Shown: in pieces, positions 1-8,966 of the stretch
How the letters are laid out: every line of letters starts with the position of its first letter
Position numbering within the stretch: position 1 is the stretch's first letter
DNA from: Candidatus Moanibacter sp.
Lineage (GTDB): Bacteria > Verrucomicrobiota > Verrucomicrobiia > Opitutales > UBA2987
Assembly (NCBI GenBank): GCA_965215885.1
Contig: CBDCEW010000104.1
Coordinates: forward strand, 160,001 to 224,000
Direction: 5' to 3'
DNA length: 64,000 nucleotides
Notes under the pieces: generated by a model
Database searches by the model: none
What the model was told of the DNA's origin: nothing
The model's input: only the letters and a program-made list of their open reading frames with translations
Made by a program: the position numbers and the translations under genes

Positions 1-236
1 AGGATATCTACACAGTCGAAAAGACCGGCACGAAACAGGGTTGGCAGTTTACTTCGGTGGACGAGGATTTCTTCACCGGCTACCCGCAGGAAATGGAGGC
101 CTTCTACAAGACCATTGATGAGGGAAGCGATCCGGAATCGGGAATGGAGCTGGGGGCGGATACGATTTCGGCAATTTACAGCGGCTACTTTTCGGCGGAG
201 CGAAAAGGAGCGGAGGTCGAGATTGAGCATGTATAG
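1..236 (+). CDS. 3' end of a probable Gfo/Idh/MocA-family oxidoreductase (partial)
   Basis: Frame from nt 3 reads DIYTVEKTGTKQGWQFTSVDEDFFTGYPQEMEAFY...SAIYSGYFSAERKGAEVEIEHV-TAG(234-236), resembling Gfo/Idh/MocA C-termini. Confidence 0.6.
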   Translation, partial: DIYTVEKTGTKQGWQFTSVDEDFFTGYPQEMEAFYKTIDEGSDPESGMELGADTISAIYSGYFSAERKGAEVEIEHV

Positions 237-413
237 CCCAAACATATCACAAACCTTCTACTACTACGACGGATTTCACCGCGTGTCAAAGCCTACCCTT
301 GCCCGGCGACCTCAGAGGGTCATTACACACTTTCGTCCGCCGTGCTACGGAAAGGCAATGACACGCAGCGATCTACGCCGTCTCGCTACGAAGTGTGTGA
401 AATGTCCGGGCAA
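234..413. mobile_element. ~180-bp MITE, copy 1
   Basis: Close copy at 61411-61590; imperfect terminal inverted repeats TAGCCC..AYWTCACA / TGTGAAATGTCCGGGC(T/A)A; no credible ORF. Confidence 0.8.
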
Positions 414-564
414 GGAATCTGTCGGTTATGGCGTTTGGAATTCGCGGATTCTCCCAGTTATTCAGATGTGAATTTACATTGCGGCGGGTTCGACCACCGA
501 CATCTTCCTAGTCGCTCTGCCAGAGGGCAGAGCGGGTAATCGAATCGAAGATAAGCTCCTTCCA

Positions 565-1575
565 GTGATGAAAATCAAGCAGCTTGTTTTCCCTGAGAAA
601 TTGACCGTTGAGGTCGAGGAGTCCGAACTGCCGGACGAACCGGGCCGCAATGAAGTTCTTCTCGAAAATAGCCATAGCCTGATCTCTCCGGGCACGGAAT
701 TGGCGATGTTCACTGAAACGCACATCGGTTTTCCCGATCCCGATTTCGCTTACGCCAAGTTTCCTTTTCGTCCGGGGTATGCTGCGGTGGGCCGCGCCGT
801 CCGGGTGGGCGAGGATGTCGAAGGAGTAGAGGAAGGTGATATCATTTTCCATCGAGGTAAACATGCCTCTCATTCTCTCGTTTCAACAGGACATCCGCTC
901 ATCAGATTGCCGGAGGGCCTTTCCCCTCAACATGCTCCGTTCGCCTCTTTACTCCAGATCGCTCTCACTTCGGTGCGGCTTTCAGAGGTTCGGCTCGGGC
1001 ACACTGTAGTCGTGTTTGGTTTGGGGGTAATTGGCAATTTTGCCGCCCAGTTGATGCGCGTTTCCGGGGCGCTGCGCGTCATCGGGGTGGATACCGTTAC
1101 CGAGCGGCTGGACATCGCCTGCGCATGCGACGTTGATATACAAATCAACACGGCGGAAGAAGATGCAGTCCAATGTATCATGGAGATCACCGGCGGAAAG
1201 GGCGCACAGGTTGTCGTGGAAGCGACGGGCAATCCGCAAGTCGCTTCTTCTGCCATGCGCTCCGCCGCTCAGATGGGCAAGGTGATTCTACTGGGTTCAC
1301 CTCGGAGCACAGCCGAGGTCAACCTCTACTTCGACCTTCACCGCCCCGGCGTCTCCCTGATCGGCGCTCACGCCGGGCGACAGGAAAATGCCGCGCAATA
1401 TGGCGACCCGGATCCGTATGAACTCGCTCTCGAATTCATGGCGCGGAATCGCATCGAAGTCTCGCCTGTGCACACCCACACCCTCCCTGTATTCGAAGCG
1501 GACCGCGCCTATCGCGGGCTACTCGAAGAAAAGCAGAACTACATGGGGGTGCTGTTTGATCTGAAGCAGTGGTGA
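565..1575 (+). CDS. Zinc-binding alcohol dehydrogenase (MDR) family protein
   Basis: SLISPGTE, PGYAAVG, Rossmann motif GLGVIG, VVVEATG; likely ATG start at 568. Confidence 0.9.
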   Translation: MMKIKQLVFPEKLTVEVEESELPDEPGRNEVLLENSHSLISPGTELAMFTETHIGFPDPDFAYAKFPFRPGYAAVGRAVRVGEDVEGVEEGDIIFHRGKHASHSLVSTGHPLIRLPEGLSPQHAPFASLLQIALTSVRLSEVRLGHTVVVFGLGVIGNFAAQLMRVSGALRVIGVDTVTERLDIACACDVDIQINTAEEDAVQCIMEITGGKGAQVVVEATGNPQVASSAMRSAAQMGKVILLGSPRSTAEVNLYFDLHRPGVSLIGAHAGRQENAAQYGDPDPYELALEFMARNRIEVSPVHTHTLPVFEADRAYRGLLEEKQNYMGVLFDLKQW

Positions 1576-1761
1576 TTCCTGCGTGTCTCTACTGTTGTTT
1601 ATTCGCGGAATTCCGGCAGTATGCTGCATGTCGCCTATTACAATATTGACGACATGTTGCATATGACCTGCCGTTAAACGCTGTTTTAAACGGGTTAACG
1701 ATCAGATAGTCAAAGGCTTACAACTCATCGGGTCCATCGGCCGTTCAGTAAAAAGCAACTG

Positions 1762-2524
1762 GTGTACGATTGTATGTTCGCCATATACATGAGACTTCGA
1801 AAAATCGCATATGCCGGAATAATGTTGGCGATGATAGTTTGGCTCACATTAAAGTGTGCCATACCCGCCGTTCATGATAGGTGCCAGAATTTGTCTTTCT
1901 GCTACTATCAGAAGATCGCGAAACAGATTAAAGATGCGACCGGTCTCGTACTCTATGAAGGATTGCCCCACCCGACTTTCAAATCGGGGCTGTATGAGGT
2001 TGAGAGCAGTCGATCAGACATTGTCGAAATGGATGGAGAGCTGTTCTACAAACAAATTTTACCGCTTACCACTAGTAATGTGGATTCGTTAAAAGAAGTG
2101 CTATTGAAGTCGGAGAATCTCAAAACATTTGGTGGCCTGAATGTGTGCGGATGATACTACCCGGATTTTTCTATTTTGTGATTCGTCGGTAAACGAGAAT
2201 TCCGAACGCAGCTGAGTTTCGGTTGTAACGAAATGAAAGGCTTTGGTACCGGATCTAATGATCCAGAAATATGCTATTGACTGCGACTCGAATAAACCAG
2301 GATTAATTCTATCCCCCCGCCCTCATCGTAGAGTGCTGCGTGTAAATATCTATTACTGCGACTCGAATAAACCAGGATTAATTCGATTTGAGAAGATCCT
2401 ATCAAAGTATCGCCAGGAGAAGCCCGAATTCGAGCTCGAATCTCCGCCACTCCCACCTCTGCATTTACACTACGAATCGGCGCACAATGGCCTTCACACA
2501 ACTCCGCTACCGCTCCGTACGTGA
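1762..2524 (+). pseudogene. Disrupted hypothetical protein gene (LYEGLPH...CGxYYPD...FGCNE), possibly a decayed integron cassette
   Basis: Frame continues through in-frame TGA codons at 2152-2154 and 2179-2181 (CG*YYPDFSIL*FVGKREFRTQLSFGCNEMKGFG), then a ~42-bp local duplication shifts the frame; AT-rich. Confidence 0.6.
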
Positions 2525-2539
2525 GGCCTAGCATTAGGT
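2479..2539 (+). other. Degenerate attC-like site
   Basis: GGCCTTCAC (2489-2497) pairs with GTGAGGCC (2521-2528) with one extrahelical base; terminal ATTAGGT is one change from GTTRRRY; lies at the 3' end of an AT-rich gene. Confidence 0.4.
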
Positions 2540-2665
2540 AGTTTGATATGAATGGAAAGTAAACTTTCGCAGGATAAATCGGAGGAAGAATAAAATACCA
2601 CTATTTTTCGGTAAAAACCTGATAAGTCGGATATAAGCTACTTTATTTTGCGGTAAAAGTTGGTC

Positions 2666-3879
2666 TAGTACCTTGTATCTTTCATAATTTCGGATATAAC
2701 CGTCTTAGTTTTATCCGTGCATCCTGAGTGGTAGACTGCCAATCAACCTTGGCATTTCGGTTATTTCGATCGTGTTGCCAAGCTGCCACTTCGTTACCCA
2801 TCTGTTTGATTTCCGGGATTCTGTGATTGAGGCATTGGATTTGGAGTGTGCTTAGTTCAATCTCTGCGATATTGAGCCAGCTTCCGTGTTTTGGGGTGTA
2901 GTGGATCTCTAGACGCTCAGCCAATCTTCTCGCTTCGGATGGTTCGAAGGTTTCGTAAAATGAGGCCACACTATGAGTATTGAGGTTGTCCATGACCAGC
3001 TTGATCCTGGTTGCTTGAGGATATTCTTCTTCGAGCAGGTACTTGATAAATTGAGCCCATTCGCATCGTCTTCGCCGTTTTGTGATGAGCACATAGCGTT
3101 TGCCCCCGAGCGGTTCGACGGCCATGAAAATTTCGGCTACTCCTTTGCGCACGTATTCATGATCGACGAGTTGAACTCGCCCAAGGGCAGCCGCAACAGC
3201 CTGATGGACTTCTCCAACCAGCTGCTTGCACGATTCATCCATGCAGACCAGAGGATACTCCGCATCATAGGGCAGATGGTAGAGTTCCAGAATGTCTTCC
3301 ATGCAAGCCACAAAAGCCGCATTGTGCTTAGGAGGTATCTTCCAATATTTGCTCAGGTGAGGCTTAAATTCGTTTTTTTAGCGTTCGTTGAACGGTCATC
3401 GCCGAAACTTTCGGTGCAATCTTTAGTTCGACCACTTTTTCAGCCAGGAGCCGCACCGTCCATCGGCTCCTGCCTTTAGGGGGCGCAGAGCACGCCAGTG
3501 CCGTAAGGCGCGCCTCAAAGGCTCCGTCGAAGGTGACTTTGGGTGGTCTCGATCTGGGCCTCGGACCCAGCGCAGCCTCCAGGCCCTCTTCTACAAAATG
3601 CTTCTTGATGTGCTCAATGCTTCGCGATGTCACCCCAAGGCCCTGGGCTACATCGGCTACTCTCCAGGGGGATCGCTCCCCGACGCTGTCGCATAAAAGC
3701 AATGCTCGCGCGTGAATATACTTGCGCGCGGTACCTTTGCCCTTTTTCGTCAAAGTCTCCAGCTCCTCACGCTCCTGATCAGTTAAGGTTACTCGATATC
3801 GATTTGCCATCCCAATAAGATGGAAAAACACAATTGGAACGTCAACTAGATACGAAATACTTTCTGTTACAAGATACTA
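2666..3879 (-). mobile_element. IS630-family insertion sequence
   Basis: Terminal IRs CTAGTACCTTGTA / TACAAGATACTAG with CTAG (TA target) at both ends; two-ORF transposase. Confidence 0.9.
2682..3810 (-). CDS. IS630 transposase: orfA HTH (3364-3810) plus orfB DDE (2682-~3370), probably joined by a frameshift at A7 (3373-3379)
   Basis: orfB has CMDES, VMDNLNTH and YTPKHGSWLNIAEIE; orfA has RARALLL-like and RWTVRLLA motifs. Confidence 0.9.
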
Positions 3880-3883
3880 GCTT

Positions 3884-5800
3884 GACCTTATCCGAAAAGC
3901 TACTGATTGGCCGCAAAGAGGCGCAAAAGGCGCAAGAAAAACTTGAGAAAAATCATTTTTTGGCTTGATAAAAAGTGTCGCAACATGCTAGTGTTTAACA
4001 ACCTAAGATTAAGAAAGGAGTTAAACATGCCAACATGTGCGACAGAGGAGAACAAAAGCGATAAGACGCCCCTTAGCAACCTCATTCTGCCGGTTCCAGA
4101 CACGGATTTCCGTGATTTTCTGGATGAAGTTGAAGAATTGGCCGGGTTCGCGGCGCAAATCATCGAGGCGATCGAGAAGGATCTGGACGCCCATGCGCGT
4201 GAGAAGAAGAAACTTCGATTGGAAGATCGCAGGTTCTTTGAAGGGCGCACAGCGGAGCTGCCGGAGCTGGACATCGAGGAGGAGAATATTCTGGCTGCTG
4301 AATTGAATCTTGGGGCAGGCCGGCCGCGGATGCCGGCTTATGCGGTATACGTGTTCGTGATGATTCGAGGGTTTCTGGGTTCGTTGACCACGAAACCGGC
4401 ACGGCGGTTTGTGCGCGAGTCGATGAGCTTGTACGGATTTTTGCAGAGCGGGGGACTGAGAATGCCGGCGGTGACGACGATTCTGGAGAACGTGAACCTG
4501 GTCAGCCATACGACCCGCGAGTTGATCTTTGATAAACAGATTGGGTTTATCCTCCAGGAGCAATGGGACGATTTCGGGAAGCTGACGATCGACAGCACCT
4601 CGGTGAAAGCAAACAGCTGCTGGCCCACCGATGGGAAGATTCTGAGCGGTCTTTTGATGCGGGCCAATCGTTTGGGTCAGAAGTTGCATGTCTTCGGGCT
4701 GGAGGATTTTCGCAAGGGATGGGTTGGGCGTTGGCTGGAGGAAATGGACAAGCTGGAGTTTCAGATTTGTCTGGCCGCGGGCAAACCGAAGTCGAAGGGC
4801 AAGCTGAAGAAACACTACCGGCGGTTGCTCAAGCGGGGCCGCAAGGCGGCCGACTCACTAACGGGGGAACTGAGCCATCTTGAAGAGGGCCTGTCGATGG
4901 ATTCACTGCCTCCCACTCGCCGGGAGCTTCTGGAGCGGGCATTGAGCCAGATCAGGGGTGATATTGCCGACGCCAAGCGGGTTGTTGAGTATGCTCATGA
5001 TCGGGTGTTTCACGAAAAGAAGCTACCGTCCACACAGAAGGTCCTGAGCCTCTCGGACGGATCGGCGGCCTACATCAAGAAGGGCAGCCGCAATCCAGTG
5101 ATCGGGTACAAGCCACAACTGGTTCGCAGCGAAAACGGTTTTGTCACCAGCCTGATCGTACCGCAAGGCAACGCGGCAGACTCCATTGAGCTGGCGCCGG
5201 CCATCGGCGATTCGATCAAGCGCACCGGTGTCATTGCTGAACTGGTCAGCACCGATGACGGATATGCTTCGGCGAAGGGACGCAAGGAGGTGCTGAGCAT
5301 GGGGGTAAAGCAGATCAGTATCAGTGGGGCGAAGGGCAAGAAGTTGACCACCCCCGAGGACTGGGAGAGCGAGGCGTATCGCGAGGCACGCCGCGATCGC
5401 TCCGCAGTGGAGTCGCTGATGTTCACGATTAAAGATGGATTTGCCTTTGGCGAACTCGGCCGCCGCGGCATCGATGCGGTAGGCGATGAACTGCTCGAGA
5501 AGGTTCTGGCCTACAACTTCTGCCGCATCATACTGATGAAGAAACGCCGAGGGGAGGAACTGGAACAGGCAGCCTGAATCTGACCGCTTTGAAGCTCAGA
5601 GAAAAAAGCACCACGGGATGAGTATGCCTCCAGACAGCGGCAAATATACGTATTGTGCAGCAAGCCACGCCGATGGCCGCTCAATACCTGCTCATCGGCA
5701 GCGCCGGCAGCCTAAAACCCGAAACCTGCCAGCCATAGGCTGGTCCGCCCGTGGCGGAGAACCTTAAACCGCCCGCTCGAAAGGCTTTTCGAATGGGGTC
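3884..5800 (+). mobile_element. ISNCY/IS5-like insertion sequence
   Basis: Terminal IRs GACCTTATCCGAAAAGC / GCTTTTCGAATGGGGTC enclose one transposase. Confidence 0.85.
4027..5577 (+). CDS. DDE transposase (ISNCY/IS5-like)
   Basis: IDSTSVKANSCWPTD, STDDGY, RSAVES; AAGGAG ribosome-binding site before ATG 4027 (ORF track starts at 3907). Confidence 0.85.
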   Translation: MPTCATEENKSDKTPLSNLILPVPDTDFRDFLDEVEELAGFAAQIIEAIEKDLDAHAREKKKLRLEDRRFFEGRTAELPELDIEEENILAAELNLGAGRPRMPAYAVYVFVMIRGFLGSLTTKPARRFVRESMSLYGFLQSGGLRMPAVTTILENVNLVSHTTRELIFDKQIGFILQEQWDDFGKLTIDSTSVKANSCWPTDGKILSGLLMRANRLGQKLHVFGLEDFRKGWVGRWLEEMDKLEFQICLAAGKPKSKGKLKKHYRRLLKRGRKAADSLTGELSHLEEGLSMDSLPPTRRELLERALSQIRGDIADAKRVVEYAHDRVFHEKKLPSTQKVLSLSDGSAAYIKKGSRNPVIGYKPQLVRSENGFVTSLIVPQGNAADSIELAPAIGDSIKRTGVIAELVSTDDGYASAKGRKEVLSMGVKQISISGAKGKKLTTPEDWESEAYREARRDRSAVESLMFTIKDGFAFGELGRRGIDAVGDELLEKVLAYNFCRIILMKKRRGEELEQAA

Positions 5801-5924
5801 TAGATACTGGATTTAGCTTTCGTGCTTCAACTGTTAATCACCGTAGGAAACAGTGGTATGGCTGTACGCATCAGCGAGGCCAAGCATACTTTCCTGATGT
5901 TTGAATCTCGCTGGGTTCAATTCC

Positions 5925-6446
5925 CCGAAGCTTGCTTCGGCTTTAGTGGTATATGATGATAGGGGATGGGAAGTCGTTACATCCACAAAAGTCACAATGT
6001 ATCGGTGCTGATGTATCATCTGGTGTGCGCAGCGAAGTATCGTCGAGTTGTGATGAGTGAGCGTGTGGACGAGGTTCTGAGGGCAGCCTGCATCGAGATT
6101 GAAAAGCGCTGGGAGATTGTCTTCTTGGAAATAGGATTAGATCGAGACCATGCACACTTTCTGATCCAGTCGGTGCCGGCTTACAGTCCGACGAGGATCG
6201 TTACGACGGGGAAGAGTGTAACTGCGCGCGAAGTGTTTGCGAAAGCACCGGAGGTGAAGAAGCAACTGTGGGGCGGAGAGTTCTGGGGAAAAGGGTACTT
6301 CGTAAACACGGTGGGGCAACACAGCAGCGAGAGCGTGATCGCGGCCTATATCGCGAATCAAGGTGAGGAGGCAAATTACCAGCGATTGCATAAAGGGCAG
6401 TTGGAGTTGGGATTATTTTGAAAATGCCTCGGGGCTTGCCCCGAGG
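5925..6446 (+). mobile_element. IS200-type element (tnpA only) with subterminal hairpins
   Basis: Hairpins CCGAAGCTTGCTTCGG (5925-5940) and CCTCGGGGCTTGCCCCGAGG (6427-6446) flank tnpA; no tnpB. Confidence 0.8.
5966..6421 (+). CDS. tnpA: IS200/IS605 Y1 (HUH) transposase
   Basis: YHLVCAAKYRR, HUH motif DHAHFL, FWGKGYFVNTVG, catalytic YIANQ. Confidence 0.95.
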   Translation: MGSRYIHKSHNVSVLMYHLVCAAKYRRVVMSERVDEVLRAACIEIEKRWEIVFLEIGLDRDHAHFLIQSVPAYSPTRIVTTGKSVTAREVFAKAPEVKKQLWGGEFWGKGYFVNTVGQHSSESVIAAYIANQGEEANYQRLHKGQLELGLF

Positions 6447-6495
6447 ATCTTTACTACTTGATGTATCGCGGCAGCCAGCCGAATTCTAATCGGGG

Positions 6496-6776
6496 AAGTA
6501 TGATCTGGTCATAATCGGATCGGGTCCGGCCGGTGAAAAGGAAGCTTCCGTCGACCATTTTCGGTGAGGATTATCATCGCCACCGGGTCCTATCCCTTCC
6601 ATCCGCCCGAGGGACCTTTGACATCGGGCAGAGATAGTCCACGACTCGGATACGATCCATTGACTTACCTGGTCCATCTGTGTGGTCGGACGGCCGGTGA
6701 AATCTGGAGGGCGAAAGCTGACGAATTTTCGACATCACGATTGGAACTGGATGACTGCCTGCCCTTTGGGATTTAG
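6496..6776 (+). pseudogene. sthA: Remnant of a soluble pyridine nucleotide transhydrogenase-like flavoprotein gene
   Basis: Ordered fragments in shifting frames: KYDLVIIGSGPAGEK, IIIATGSYPFHPP, VHDSDTI, ICVVG; large internal parts are missing. Confidence 0.6.
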
Positions 6777-7023
6777 ACAGTTCCCGAGTTATCAATGGTT
6801 GGACCGAGCGAGCCGCCAGGGAGAAGAACGATTATTGTACTGGCAGGGCTCAAGATCAAGGAATGAGAGCTTTAATTGTCTTCAAGCAGGAACGCAGGAA
6901 AAGAGATTATCTAATTCCTCACCTGTAATGTGTGTAGAAGATAGCTGTGTGAGTTTTCGTAGAGTAGGAGGGAATTTCATCGAATTCGGGGAAGAGATCT
7001 GATCACCTGCGCTTACCTCGATA

Positions 7024-7185
7024 GAGTCGACTTCGCCTGGCGCGGAGCGCGCTTGTAACGCAATGATGAACATTCCCAAGAGCACTTCTAGCGGACGGCG
7101 TAGTGCGGTATGCGGCGCTTTTGGGAATACTCATCTATGCGTTACTCCACTCTGCCGATACGGCAGAGCGGGGCGAAGTGGACTT
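7024..7185 (+). repeat. Structured ~160-nt four-way-junction repeat, copy A
   Basis: Outer IR GAGTCGACTTCGCC / GGCGAAGTGGACT with three internal hairpins. Confidence 0.75.
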
Positions 7186-7862
7186 TACCAACGCCCAGCT
7201 TTCAAGTTCCAATTCTCCGTGGTTCTCTGTTCTAACTCGAAGAGGCTTGAGCCTTAAGAAGGAATTTCTCTACCTGCGTATAGAACCCGTTGATGCTCAA
7301 ACAATTTCGGTGATCTTCAGAAAGCAATGTCTAACTGCGAGTTCTAATTATCACTTCCTTCTGGTCCGTTTTCTGACGGCTCCTAATCCGATGTACTGCC
7401 GAGTCCCTGCGTGCCGGGATGGGAATCCCTGGCTTCATTCAATCCGCGGTTTTCTCGGATCAGCGGGAAACTGCCTCTTCATCCGTGGTACTGCGGAGCC
7501 ATCCTGGGCTATTCTCCCTCTTCATCCGTCTCCGTTCCTGATCCGTTGCTTTCAATGCTCTCACAGTCCCCATTCGTTGTACATGCTCCATAGCTTTAGC
7601 GTAGGAGGGCCCTTCATTTCCCGGCCTGCCGGGAAACTCATTCTTTTGGTTGCGACTACGCTGCGCTAGGTGGCTCTGTGGCCCCTCTTTCCGTTTCATC
7701 TGTCAGCATTCCAGTTTGGTTTTGGCCGAAAGCTGCTGTAGTAAGAAATCATTCCTGCTTTCCTTTACATCCTGAGCAGCGTCGAAGGGCCTTCCTTATT
7801 CAAGAAAATCTTCAATCTCTTCTCCGTTTCTCTCCGTTACCTTCTGTTCAATTCTCTATTCA

Positions 7863-8540
7863 ATGACCTCAGAAACCAAGGAGGCTCTTTGTGCGCATCT
7901 CGCTCAGTTTGTGACGGAGAATAAACTCGCGCGTATGGAACGGGTAATCGGGTCGCGGACGAGAGCGGTGACGGTTGTCTGGAGGACCTGTTTCAACCTC
8001 ACAATGCGAGTGCTGCGATTCGTACCTGTGAATGCTTCGGCGTGCAGGATGTGCACATCATTGAGAATCGTTTCGCCTATCAGTTGGAATCCCGATGTGG
8101 TGATGGGGGCGAGCAAGTGGGTCGACCTTTACCGCTACAGCGGCGAAGGTGAGGAACACACCACGGCATGCTTTGAAGGGTTGAAGCGGAGTGGTTACAG
8201 GATTGTGGCGACTTCCCTCAGGGACGATTCAATTCCCCTCGAGGAGTTACCCGTCGAACAGGATATCGCGCTCTGTTTCGGCACTGAAGAAGAGGGCCTA
8301 AGTGAAAGAGCGGAGCGCCTCGCCGATGTATCCGTGAAGATCCCGATGCACGGATTCACCCAGAGTCTGAATATCTCGGTGAGTGTGGCCGTATGCCTCT
8401 ACGAACTCTGCCGGCGAATTCGGCGAGCGCGACGACTGGCAATTATCCCGGAAGGAGCGTCTCGACGTTCAGCTCTCCTGGTTGAGAAGCGCGGTGAGGA
8501 ATGCCAAGCTTGTCGAAAGGAGGTTTCTTGTGAGAGAATA
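7863..8540 (+). pseudogene. trmH: TrmH/SpoU-family RNA methyltransferase with frameshifts (pseudogene or sequence errors)
   Basis: EDLFQPHNASAAIRTCECFG lies in a shifted frame (~7980-8085); CFGTEEEG and IPMHGFTQSLNISV are in the main frame; a further shift occurs near 8430. Confidence 0.8.
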
Positions 8541-8692
8541 ATCCTACCACGGATGGGCACGGATAAGAGAGAGAGAGTTTCCCGCTAAACACGCGAACTT
8601 GAGGTAACGACTGGATTTTTGGCCACAGAGCGACACAGAGAACCACGGAGCGGCACAGAGAGCGCTGACGCGGAGTATACGGGAAAACAGGT

Positions 8693-8851
8693 GAGTCGCC
8701 TTCGCCTGTCACTTCTGTACGGCAGAGTGAAAAACACTCCCGTATTTACGAGAGCGTTTTCAATTGGCTCGAGGCTCAATTTCAGGTCGGGCTCTCGCAA
8801 ATGCTGCTTTGAGCGTTTTATCCGCGCTCCGCGCGAGGCGATGGCGACTTC
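8693..8851 (-). repeat. Structured four-way-junction repeat, copy B (inverted, more divergent)
   Basis: GAGTCGCCTTCGCC ... GGCGATGGCGACTTC with the CGCGCGGAGCGCG and CACTCTGCCGTAC hairpins in reverse order. Confidence 0.65.
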
Positions 8852-8966
8852 CTTTTTTCCCTCCCGTGACCACGGTATCTGCTTTTTCCGTTCATCCGTT
8901 GCCCTCTTATGATCCGCTGGTAATCTCCTCATCCGTGCCCATCCGTACTATAATCCGGCAGAACCT

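Noticed and set aside
2152..2181. TGA recoding (in-frame TGA here and at 63573)
   Set aside because: Conserved genes in the window (valS, punA, deoB, the MDR dehydrogenase) end at TGA at the expected lengths; the in-frame stops are best read as nonsense mutations or errors
2274..2384. CRISPR mini-array (35-36-bp repeat with ~40-bp spacer)
   Set aside because: Only two units; the repeat is coding sequence of the surrounding pseudogene (CDSNKPGLI); no cas genes or leader
6421..7000. tnpB/IscB or omega-RNA downstream of IS200 tnpA
   Set aside because: The right-end hairpin follows tnpA immediately; downstream DNA is a flavoprotein remnant with no RuvC motifs
7103..7669. 188-aa ORF and similar ORFs over intergenic repeats (8585-8932, 11331-11624, 15052-15423, 34216-34617, 36844-37305, 38823-39347, 40327-40749)
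   Set aside because: They translate repeat arms (IRVHLR, FAFICG, DYDYD patterns) and show no protein-family motifs
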